Shown piece after piece: positions 52,226 through 64,000 of a DNA stretch of 64,000 bases. The DNA is from Thalia democratica. Its lineage: Eukaryota. Below the pieces are notes generated by a model, which saw only the letters and a program-made list of their open reading frames with translations, did not search any database and had not been told where the DNA came from. Positions within the stretch are counted from its first letter, which is position 1. Every line of letters starts with the position of its first letter. The position numbers were made by a program, and so were the translations under genes. The stretch lies in contig OZ241829.1 of assembly GCA_965202585.1 (NCBI GenBank), positions 73,346,001 through 73,410,000 on the forward strand, in the 5' to 3' direction.

Positions 52226-53609
52226 ACTTTTTTTTTTAATAAAATTTCTCGAATTTTCCTGACTTTTGTCTTTTTTAAAAATTTTTCCTGACTTTTCATG
52301 ATTTCCTGACTTTCCTGACCAAGTGGCAACACTGCGCTTTGAAGCAACATATGTGCTCTTGAAATAGAAACTTGCAGAATTTTAAAAATATGTTACAAAA
52401 CTTTATAAGTTTTTTTTTGGAGATTTTAAAGGGAGTTTTAAATTGAAGCTTTATTAATAAAGTTTATCAGGTCTGAAATACTTTTCTTACCAAACAGAAA
52501 TTTTTATTTGGGCTTTTGTGGTTCAATTTAGTGTATTTGAGGTGTTTTTGCTAAGGTTTAAATTACTTTAAGAATTTTAGTTTAAGTGAGGTTTAAGTGA
52601 CGTAGAAGTTTGTGACAACCTACTAACCATTAAGTATAATGTGAGCCAATAAACTGATCAAAATTTAAATTTATGTTTTTTGTAAAAAATAGTAGCTTGA
52701 ATCTATTTTAGTTTGCTTTTTTATTGTTTAAAATTATAAGCACAAGCAATCATTTATTTCGTTAGGTCATGAGTTTGTTACAAATTCAACTGAGGTTTGA
52801 TAAGACTTCTACTTTAGCTGAAGTTCGACGTGACATCGAACCAACATGTGCCAAGTATTAAAGATGAAGTCGGATTTCGACATCTCAATTGTCATTTCTG
52901 TTTGTTCTCTTAATGTATAGTTAATTTAAAAGACTCGTAACGCGGAACGGAATGACCACTTAGAAATTATAGAGCTATTATGACGTCACCAGTAGCGCAC
53001 AAAGTTTGTGTGACATCACAATTCATTTTCGCTCTACAGGTCAAAGTCCGAAGCGAAATCACCGTAAAGCTTTATATTCAAAGATACAATCATATTAAGC
53101 CATTTCAAATGGCTGTAAAAATCCTTCATTTGTTGATAAACAAACTCAAACATTGCACTTCAACAAGACTCATTGAACCCAATTTGTATTGTGAAGGCAA
53201 ACGATTGCTGACTTAAAGATTAACATTGCAACTCTTATGGAACACACTTTGCTGGTCTACGGTAAATTAGAGAAAATTATTCTAACTTTCTACGGTGTCA
53301 ATAGAATTTTTCGGTTATTTGATTGAGATTTAGTCTATAAGGTTGATTAAACTTAACTGTATTAGAAGTCTATTTATACTTTTTAAATTTATTTTCTAGT
53401 AAAAATAAGATATCCTTCATAATACTCTCAATTAAAAATTAAGCTCGAGGGATGTAGAATTTTGTAGCTTTTTTATCGTGTTTTATCTTTTTTCAGATAG
53501 TTCAGTATTTATAAATAAATTAACAAATCATTTTTTGTTCACCTTACAAGAAATTTTTTGCTAGACTAGAATATAACATGAAAGAAACATTTGAAAAAAA
53601 CGCACCAAC

Positions 53610-55208
53610 CTGGCATCAGCTTCAGCAATTGGAGCGTACGCCTGCGAGGGATCCATCTCTCACCTTAGTAGCGCCTTCAAGTGGCTCGTCTAGTTGCTGG
53701 ATGTCGCCGTTCATGTCGGTTGCAACTTTCAAACAATCGATCAGATAGCCTGTTAGAAATCATTTGTTTTAAAAAACTTACTATTAATTTAAAACAAAAG
53801 TATTAGTTTTATTTTATATAGCCTTTGATTTAGGTTACGTCTTTGCTGTTCAGACAAATACAATAAGTTTTAAATGCAGTCAGTCCTCGTTAAAAGTATC
53901 TCTAGTTAAGGTTGAAATTTAATTGACTTGAGTTGAAATTTAAATTTTTTGATCAAATTACAGTTTTAGATTTGTTCATTGCTTAATTAAAAAAAAATTA
54001 TACAAAAAAAAAGTAGGTAAAGTAGTAAAGTATTTAAAAATAATTTAGTTTTTATCATTATTATAATTCAATAATTTTATTAATAAAAACTTTGTTTACA
54101 AAACCGCAAAATTGTTAACTTCACAGGACTTTTAACGTTCAACGGAAAATTGGCTTAGAACACAAAGAGTCAATGTGATTTCAATAAAAATAAAAAATAG
54201 TCTCGTAACAGTTCACTTTCGCTTCACCAGCAAAGTTCGAGGCGAATTCACCGAAAGACTTAGAAATCAAAGATACATTCATTTCAAGCCATTTTAAATG
54301 GCTGTAAAATTAAGCAAATTACGAGGATAAATAAGAATACTCCTCGACTAATCACTCTCACCCCAATTTGTGCTGTGAAAGCGAGTATTTTCAGCACTCG
54401 GCCTGTGACGTAACAGTTAAATACAGACTTGTTTGTGACGTGAAAATTTGAGAGCTGCTTTTTTCTATGTGTTGTAAGCATGAGTTTTAGTGTTGATAAA
54501 CTTTAAGCTTTTTTCTAGATACGTTTTAGTTGATTTCTATATATAGGTGGTTTTAATAGTTTTCAAAATGTGCACAGAAATTACGAAAGACATGTGTTGT
54601 TACAATTTAAACGTTAAAAGTTTACTGACATTTTACAAAGCTTATTGTGAATTCCTTTACTGTTTATTGTCGTTAGAGATATTTATAACATTTTTTTTTC
54701 ATGAAAGATCACCAATAGCAAAGTAAAGTGTTTATCTTCGATTATCTAACTATTCAGAGTTATAAGAAATCCGAAAAATTCATCGTTAATAGCCTTCTTT
54801 ATTTTCATATATTTTTTAGAATAAATTACCCCTGTTGTCCAATCAAGCACAAATTTACAAAACACTTTTTAAGTTATTCAACCAAGGATGACCACAGCTC
54901 AGTCGAAAAAGTAGTTAGTTTTTACGAGAAGATAAAATAAAATAATATCAGCTATATAAATAAGAAAAGAAAAATATTTTGTTTTTGCAACGTGCACAAA
55001 ACAAGCAAGTTGATAGTTATGTTGTTAATGATCTTCGACTTATAAAAAAATAAAACAATGAAAATAATACTTGATGAGTTGATTGAAGTAACCATTAGTG
55101 TAAAAAACCATTGGCATAACAATAATTTCAGTGCGAGTATAATGCCAAGTAAAAGCTTGTAATTTCATAAGCACTTACCTTGTAGTAAATGGATGCGAAC
55201 GTAGTAAG
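53610..55208 (-). pseudogene. Exon chain: 55179-55208, 54217-54301, 53610-53749
   Basis: Paralogous to 30330-31965; HLKWLEMNVSLISKSFGEFASNF and YLIDCLKVATDMNGDIQQLDEPLEGAT; frameshifts in both larger exons. Confidence 0.6.
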
Positions 55209-57768
55209 CTAACAATGGTGATTAAACAAAAGAAGCAACACGTGAATGTTGCAGATAAAAACATTAAAATTTATTAGAAAAACAGGTCTTCAGCAATGTC
55301 AATATGCTATCAAAATAATTTCGTTTCGTGAAGACAGATAATTTGGTCGCTAACTGAGAATTTGCAGTTTGTACAAGCACTTTTTCTTTTAAATTTGAGA
55401 AAATAGTCAAATTAATATAATGTTAAACACAAAGTCTGTTTTAGGCTCATATCTGTTATTGCATACTTTTAATTAGAGTGGTGTGAGAGAAGTACTAATA
55501 CGACATAACTAACATTTTTATAGATCCAAACACCTTTTATATAGAGGTAAATAAACAACTTTAAACCGTGGAAACTCTGGTTGTCAGTAATAAACACAGG
55601 ATGAATGAAGGCACTAGCTTTTCTGAGTAATTCATTAGTCATGGTCATAGAAACTAAGCGGCAAGCTTATTACTAAATTGTCAAAGTATCGAAAGTCTTA
55701 AAGGCAGCCTGAAGCTAGAAATACCGAACGACGGCAAAAAATGTGCTAACGAGTTTGGATTAAACTTATTCGCTGCTCTGGCAGAGAAGACAGAAGTCAG
55801 AATTCAAAAGAATAATAAAAGCTGGTAAAACAACGTCCAAATTCAAAGGAGCTAACAACAAAACCACAAGCTCAGAAACACGTAACCCAACAAGCCAACG
55901 CCAGTCACGGAAAGCCTAAAAATCCGACTAACAACGATGTTTGTCATCGTAGACAATGAAGATACTTCAACACAGCAATCGTTGCTCATAAGCCACAAAA
56001 AAAAACAAGTCACAATGATAGAATGCAGTAAGTGTAATTTTAAAACTACTATCAAGAAACATAAAGTAGTCAATCAACAGTCTGCTAGACTCTCTAAAGA
56101 ATTTTCTAACAAGTGACGTCATAAACCATTTGAGACGTCACACACGAACCTTCAAACAGACTTGTGAGAAACTCATAAAAGTGTTACAACCTGAACCAGA
56201 ACAATTAAAAACACACAACAATTAATATTTAAGTAAAATGATACAACATGAATGATATAAAAGATATTATTATCGAGAGCACGAATATAAAGTAAATAAA
56301 TACTATTAAGCCTGCTCACAGAAAAATATCTTGCCGGAGCCGCAACCAATCAATGGAAAACAAAGTCAGCATACATTTGTTGCAAAAAGGAATACATAAG
56401 ATCCTAAAACAAACTTTCAAAACTGTTTACGATAATTTTATCACAAAAATTTTTAAAACCAAACTATTTGGTCGTTTATATAAAAATAACGATATGCAAC
56501 TAAAGACAGTATTTTACTGAAGTGAAAGCAACGTCAAGATACAAAAAACTAACGTTTAAAATAAACAAAACTCTAGCAGTCAACTTAAAAGACTCACTAA
56601 AAAATTTGAAGTTTGTTGTGAATAGTCGAGATAACGTGGTCGTTTTGGTGGGAACAGTATACCAACCAGAAAAATTTAATAAATGGAATCAATAGGTGTT
56701 TAACAGCAAATCAGAGCAGTTTAAAGAACGATGTAATCGTATTTATTAGTTGTGCTTTTTGGGTTTTACCTGAAATGGGAAACTCACCACTATGAAAATA
56801 ATAACTCAAATTTCTTTGATATCCAAGTATCAAAAACTGTGAAAAGTTTTATACATTATTTACTAAAATGTATTAGACATGCTGGTGAACAACCTGTTTA
56901 TGACTAGCTAAATCAGAATTACACGAGTAAAGTTGAAAATATTTTTCCGTGATAAACCAGAAACACAAAGTTTTAAGTAACAGAATAAAAAATATTTTAC
57001 TGTTAAGAAAAATTTAGAATCATGGTAAAAAAGCTTCTAGAAACTACTAGGATAGTACAATATACTGAAATTATCACGGTAGAGGTTGTTTTACAAAAGA
57101 AAATCAAAATATAAGCACGAATATGTTGGGTCGGAGAATTAATGAAAAATAACTGTAGAACGAGTAGCTGAGACGGGCACAAATGCGCTGAGCGACAATT
57201 TTTGTATGGATTTAATTGTTCTAGGTGTCAATTTTGCTCTGGTGTCAATTTTTCAGGACGTAAATTTTTTATAATTATTAAATTTGGATGGAGTCACTCT
57301 ATACCGATGTAAATTTTACAAGGCGTCAATTTTTTACGGCTGTCAATTTTGCGAGAAGTCGCTTTTGCACAGATGACATATATTTTCAAGAAGTCACTTA
57401 TGCAAGGCGTCAAAATTTAACTGTTGTCATTTTGCATGAAGCATCTTGTTTAGAAATTTTCTTGAAATTTTTTTTAAGAAATTTAAAAAAGCAAAATTTA
57501 CATGGTGCAAAAGTAATTACTTTACAAAACTGACTACACGTGCAAAATGACCCTTCGCTGTTTAAGTATCTTCGAAGAGGGCGTAAATCAAAGTAGCCCA
57601 GGACTCTTTATATGGATCACAGTTATACAAAATTTTTAAAAACATATGTTTAGATTGATTTAGGTTAAACTATCATAAGTAGTAGCTTAATTAGTCAAAG
57701 ACAAAATTGTGCAAAAAAAAATATTTCTGGTTACTTGCGCTACATGTATGACAGATATGAAAACTTAC

Positions 57769-57853
57769 TTAGAGTGTTCGCGATTTCCAACATTGATGTC
57801 AACCTAAGAGGTCATTGCTCGTTTTTCTTTCTTTAAATAGCATCTCCTTCCAA
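57769..57853 (-). pseudogene. LTS exon copy (85 nt, internal deletions)
   Basis: ttttttcaaacag ... CTCTAA|gtaagt. Confidence 0.55.
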
Positions 57854-58839
57854 CTGTTTGAAAAAATTGAATATTTATTCGAATCAAGATTTTAACCATA
57901 CTATTAATGAGTTTTGCGTATTTTGCTTTATAAATAGTTTAGCATTGCCGTTTAAACATACAGTTAAAGTTATGTTTATATGTTTTTATAAGTTGACTAC
58001 TGAAGTTACTTTTCAGAACTATTCAAAAAAAAACTAAAAAGCACATAATAGTATTGGATAATATTACTAAATAGTTAGTTTTCTTTATTTAAAAATATTG
58101 ATAAAAAATGAAGTGATAATAAAAGATCTACCACACGAACAGCTTATTAACAAACAACTCTTATTATAAACTATTAAAATATTTCGACTAAAATTGTGCT
58201 AAAATTAGCAACTTTGGAATCTAAACAACTTATCGAATTTCACTTCAAGCTGAAGTATTTTTGACGTTACAAAAAACGTTCAGTATCCAAAGTTCCTAAT
58301 TATTAAACTATGCTAGTCGGAGAGTTAAAAGTCATCAATTTGCTACATAAAAAACTAAGTATATTGTTTGATCTTAACTGAAAACACTGAAGTATTCAAT
58401 TTGCTTTAAATTTGTTTTTCGAAAAAACAAACTAGAACGGTTAATACAACTGTAGATAAACGTGTAAAATAACATAACTTTAAAAAAAAAAAAGTTTTGA
58501 TCAAGAGTTAAAAAGAAAAATGAACCCAAGGAAAAACAAGTTTTTTTAAATAAGTTTATTTTATTCACTTAAAATAAATTGCCATTTTTTGGTTAATCTA
58601 ATGAAAATTTTACTAAGTTTTTATAATAACAAATAAAATGTTAAAAATAAGTTTGAAAAGCGTTTAGGAGTCGGAATTAACTTTTCTGCAGTCAACACTG
58701 CGTTAGCTAAAATAAAAAAAAAAGCATCTGAAAACGGTATAAGAGAAAATCACACAACCGAAAACTGCCTGTCACAGGCAAAACCTGTTAGATGACCTCA
58801 CAAGATGACATTGGCAGTTAAAATTACTTGAACAATATT

Positions 58840-61800
58840 TCTTTTTTATTTGGTTATGACGTCATAATTATAGTATGGATAGAATAATTTTTTATAACTA
58901 TAGTATATACCAGTGGTCGTCAAGGTGTACAATGGTGCACACTAGTATACACGAAATTTTTTTTGGTGAACAAAATTTAGAGATTACACAAAAAATACAT
59001 AGACTTAGATTAGATATGTGGTTAATACTAAATAAAGTATTTAATGAATACTGAACTGGGGATTTTGTAGTAATTGCGGAGAAGTGTTCAATTAATAAGT
59101 ATGTGAGAAAAAGTCATATAAGTAAATTAATATTGTGAAAATAAGATAAAACAAATAAAGAGGTTAAAAAAAAATAAGCTTTAGTCGATAAATGGTTTGC
59201 ATGTAAATACAAACTGATTTATGACTTTTAAGGAGAAATGAACTTAAAAAAGTGTTTATTAAAATTAGTTTTTTGGGTGCACTGATTTAGTTTTTTGCAG
59301 CTTGGTGTAAACAGAACTTGATTAGCTTGACGACCACTAGTATATACTATATGTAGCTGGTAAAATCAAGTATACGAATTATCCTAAAAATTAAGCGAGT
59401 CGCTGCAAGTGAGAGCTATGTCGAACTGCTTCGATTTTTAGGTGTGACATCATAATAACCGAATTAAGTAATTTTAAACTGATTCGTCTATATTACTCTG
59501 AAGTAATTTCAGAGACATACACAAGCTTTCAAAACAATGAAGCAAGTAGATTAACAGATTAAAAACAAATTTATTTAAACTTATGTCAATTGCAGATCCG
59601 ATTGTTATCTTTGATACGATAATTTTATAGTCTTACATTATTTAAGTTCTACCACAGCTCTAGCTGTATTGACTGCAGCTTGCAAATTAGAAAAATTATA
59701 AATACTACATGTCAAAAAATTGAAAAAATAACTTAGCAGGAAAATTAACGAGAATTATAAACTGGAGAAGGAATATTTTTATTTATGTCATACTTCTTCA
59801 CCTTACAAAAGTCTTATAGTTTGGGATATCATTTATTTGGGTTTAGTTAAACTTTGTATCAGTTTAAACCACAATTATTCTATCTTTGTATATTTTTACA
59901 AGTTTTAGATTTATATACTTGAGCTTAAACATCTTTTTAAAAAGCTTAATTCATAAAATTGAAGCTTTTTGTACAGATTTTTTATTATTTTAAGAGTAAT
60001 AAATAGCTTTGACCTCTACTTGCAAAATATATAAATTTTAAAATAAAAATACATAAAAATTTTTTTTTTTCTTTTGAAAAAGTTATTCCACTACAACAAT
60101 AAGTATAGTGAAAAAATTTTTTTATTCGACTTTAATGTAATATTTATAGAAGAGTCTTTAAGTAATCCAAATTTTAAATTCTAAATTGTAAAGTTTTCAA
60201 CATATATATTATATGTGATATTGTTAGTTGAATAAGAAAATATATTCACAACGTTGTCGTTATTTTAAAGTTATTTTTAATTGTTATGGATTTTAAATGG
60301 CAGTTCGAACTTTTTTTTTTGCAAAAAATAGCATTATTAAGTAGTGAAATATTAGTTTATAACTGACCAGAATGTTCGTAGCTTCGTTGTTGAATCTGAC
60401 GTGATAACTTCGTTTGCAGATGACTAGGCTGTAAAAAATTTTATTTATAATTTAGATCTACATAAGTTTGTTTAATGCTGTTTTTAGATTTAAACTAAGG
60501 TACCGTAGAAAAATTATTTTGATAGTTATTAAACATTTAGTAGGCATTTTTTTTACAGTTTTTGAACCATATGTAAACGAATAAAGTTGCATTTAAACAC
60601 TTATTTACTTTATTTCAATCGATAGTTTAAATCAGTTTAAACAATACTTTTTATTAAATAAAAACTTAGGTAACGGTGTTTAAACAATAACAATATTATT
60701 TTATTGAAATTTCGTAATTTTTTTTAAACCCGATTTAAAAAATAAAATAAAGAACTAGAATATTTTTTTGTTATAACAGTTCAATGCTTTAAAGAGTTAT
60801 AAACTTAATAAACACTAATTTCGAGTTTTCAAAAGCTTATTTGATATTTGCCAGTTTTTATTAACAACTTAAGCTTTTTTTTATAGTATCATTTATCATT
60901 CAATTAATACCAAATAAAAAATGAAAAAGAGATCAATACTTAAAATTAGTTCAAGCGTAACAAATGGCGACCATGTTTTAGCGTAAATTAATTTGTGTTT
61001 TTCAGCTTCATACTGCTGCTTCAGCTTTGAAAGCAAAAACCGTTTGTGACGTCACAAACGGCTTTTGCCTTCAAGCAGAAGAAGCGCAGAAGCTTCAGAG
61101 TTGTTAAAGACATGTAAACCGCACAGTGCGGTTGTAAAAATTCAATAGTAAAACATAGAAAATTACAAACGCAGATTGCCAATGACAAATGGTTGGCGGT
61201 GCAGTTTGGACGTGACTAGTATTGTGAAAGCGGGCGCTAGTGTGTTATGAATTGTGACGTCATGATTAACTAGTTTCAGTAAATGATGTAAAAGTATGAG
61301 AGAGGTTTTACTGTGTTCGATTATCGGTTTGCTTTCTTGTGCACGAGCGTCACTTTTGCACGGCATCACTTTTGCACGAGGAGACACTTTTGCACGGCAT
61401 CACTTTTGCACGAGTGGAAAATTTGCTCGGCGTCGCTTTTGCACGGAGGGTCACTTTTGCACGGCACTTTTTTGCTCGAAGTGTCACTTTTGCACGAGCG
61501 AAAAATTTTGCTTGGCGTCACTTTTGCACGGCGACTCTTTTGCACGGGGGGTAACTTTTGCACACAGAGTTACTTTTGCACGGCGTCAACTTTGAACAGC
61601 GACATTTTTTACGATAACTTTATTGCTCTTTTTATTTTCACGCAAAATTAAAAAATAAACGTTTTATACAACTCAAAAATAACCATTAAGGAAAATCTGA
61701 AATTTCTTACACTTTACAAATTAACTAAATTCTTTTCCTTCAGTTAAACGTTTGTTTAGAAATAAAGTTAATTTAAAATATTTTTTAAACAATTATTGAA

Positions 61801-64000
61801 GCTAAATTTAAGATTAAGGAAATATAAGTAAAAATTGGTCTCAAAATTCATGTTTTAAAGTCCTACTAACTTAAATTTATACTTCTGTTTAAAATTAATG
61901 AAATTCAGTTTATTTTTATTTAAAGTATTCAAAATTGTTATAATTTCAAAGTAAAAAACTGTATTTATCTATTACATTTTTATTAAGATTATAAATATGA
62001 ACTAAAAGAATTGTAGTACATTATTATATTGTTCTACGTTTGACTTTAAATAAAAACTTTCCATTAAAAAACTATCACATTTTATCCATTCAAAACAACT
62101 TGCGTTTAAAAGCAAATATTGTTTAAGCTGACAAAATAAAAGTATATTTAATCTATATAAATTTTTATTAAAGAAAATAAAGATTAAAACCGTGCAAAAG
62201 TGAAGCTCCGACCAAAGTTGACCAATTGATTAAAATTTTTGCAGTTTACAAGTATATTCGTGAAAATATAACGCCGTGCTAAAGTGACACTTTGCAAAAA
62301 TGTCGCTATAAAAATGTAACGTCGAGCCAAAGTTTAGACGTGTAAAAATGTTGTCGTGCCAAAGTGACGACCGTGCAAAAGTGACGCCGTGCAAAAGTGT
62401 CCCCTCGTGCAAAAGTGACACCCACCCATATATAGTATGCCATAAGGTGCTAATATCACTGTTTTAATGAAACTCGAGGATACTAACATTTTTGTCTGTC
62501 GAAACAATTATAATTAAGATAACATAATTTCGCTTGATTCATTAGTTTTATAAACAAATATCGAAATTGTTTTACAGTTGTGTACAAGACAACAAAACTA
62601 TTCGTTTGTCTGCAAATGATCATCTACTAACTGAAAATGTTGAAATAACGTAGCATAATTTGTAGATATTGCAATTCTAGTTGTTTGTTGTGTAGTATGT
62701 GTGCACTAATAGCATAGAACTGTTTCATTGTACCTCCACATTACTAAAACAACCTGAAGATGTAATGATGCTCACTTTTTACCGCAGTGATTCTAGGCCA
62801 GGGTTTCCAAGTTATTATTCAAAAGGCCCCTTTAAAAAAAATAAAAAAAGCTATGGCCCTATCTAATAGATTATAGAATAACAGATTTACTCAAAAACCT
62901 ACCGTTAAAATACCTAAAACCTTTTTTTTTTTGTTTTTCATCATCTGTTCCGGAATATCTAGTTTAAGTTTTAAATTATGACCTTATGTACCCCCCCCCC
63001 CCCGTGGCTCCTATACTGCTAACAGTCCCCAAGGGGACCACTTGGCTAATTTTTTGAAACCCTTTTCTAGACCTACTAAGTGCTTGTGCACAGTAAGTTT
63101 AGATATGTTAGTTTAATTCTCATGTCGTTAGAAAAAAGAGGGTTTACAAAAAAAGACTATTATGACGTCACAAGTAACACGAAAAACTCTTATGACGTCA
63201 TAATTTACTTTAGCTTCACAAGCCGAATCTCAAAGCGACTTCACCAACAGGATTTGAAGTCAGAGACATAACTATTAAACTATTCAAATTATTTTAAAAG
63301 ATTGTAAAAATTATCAAAGTTTGCTCTTTGTGAAACAAACATAAATTATTCGAAATTTTTAAATGAGATACCTCTCGAAACAGACAACCTATCCAGTGGA
63401 GTTGTAGACTGGTCAACAAAAAGAGTATAAGCTCATAAGAAGTATACAAAACAGTCACCTTGAAATAAACGGAAACAATTGGCGGCTGAAAGACACCAGG
63501 TTTGATATCGAAGACAATTAAATCACAAAGAGTGGACGGGCAAGGGTATCATTGGCGACAACAAATACATTAGTAAATAAGATTTTCTTATTTGCCGATC
63601 ATATATATGAACGATTGTATTATTTCCTTGGAACGAAAAGACATAAAAATTTGTAAGCACTGTTTACATATTAAGATGGTGCTTACCTTTGGTTCTTGTT
63701 TGTTTTACTATTTGCCGCTGCGATTTAAACTACGAAGTAAGAAAGCAGGTGCACGACTTTTATTGATAAACACATGCAACATAAGTTTGTCTGTTTACAC
63801 TAAATGTAGGACCACCCGAAAGCGAAATATCTACTGATCATCCAACAAATTTTATCCAGCTACCTTTTACTGAAACTAGAATGTTTTTATAGTTGATTGA
63901 ATGGATTTATGATTCGGGTGAAGTATAATGAACGTGAAACAAATATTTGAGTACAGCACGTACAAATATTCTTTAGTTTACATCTTTTAACTAATACTTA
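58840..64000. repeat. Module P copy running off the window end
   Basis: Starts at TGGTTATGACGTCAT as at about 1600; same order of exon, palindrome cassette, MITEs and exon chain. Confidence 0.9.
58911..59339. mobile_element. 429-bp hAT-type MITE
   Basis: TIR CAGTGGTCGTCAAG / CTTGACGACCACTA; 8-bp TSD GTATATAC at 58903-10 and 59340-47; absent at the paralogous site near 1645. Confidence 0.9.

Larger units (their letters stand above)
53250..58820. repeat. Segmental duplication module Q, copy 3
   Basis: Colinear with 29990-37300; provides the empty sites for the Penelope and MITE insertions. Confidence 0.9.

Noticed and set aside
8964-62421. Many ORFs with HFCT/LLHG/TFAR repeats that look like His/Cys metal-binding proteins
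   Set aside because: All coincide with TGCACG-repeat MITE arms, appear in all frames and on both strands, and share no start or stop.
63687-63830. Alternative genetic code (TAA/TAG read as Gln), suggested by conserved stops in a frame with skewed substitution positions
   Set aside because: Only about 17 substitutions; the Penelope ORF terminates at TAA as in the standard code; a nearer acceptor explains the exon without readthrough.

Overview
Very AT-rich eukaryotic DNA with GT-AG splice signals and the standard code (the Penelope ORF ends in TAA). It resembles a Hydra-like invertebrate, but that is inference. I found no intact, recognisable host gene, rRNA, tRNA or CRISPR array. Most of the window is a mosaic of segmental duplications: module P (about 1590-12500, 29120-29570, 44170-46822, 46823-52225, 58840-64000, plus a divergent copy at 1-1060), module Q (about 14400-18640, 29990-38630, 53250-58820) and smaller shared blocks (18640-20170/42300-43790; 27480-28320/39340-40000). 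The modules carry (i) short minus-strand exons of an unidentified multi-exon gene, phase-compatible but disabled in most copies, and (ii) CRE-rich regulatory-like cassettes: I counted 29 perfect TGACGTCA sites, several with YY1-type AAGATGGCG motifs. Many transposon relics are superimposed: a 5.2-kb GG..CC foldback-like element with minisatellite arms and an 8-bp TSD, hAT-type and TTAA-type MITEs, a TGCACG-repeat MITE family, RTE-type LINE fragments, an inverted Penelope GIY-YIG fragment and a degenerate hammerhead ribozyme. The most striking signals are a 36-bp CRE-centred palindrome with compensatory changes between copies, near-helical-turn CRE spacing (30 and 42 bp), the hammerhead hairpin and the reconstructable orphan gene. 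All coordinates and counts were obtained by eye.
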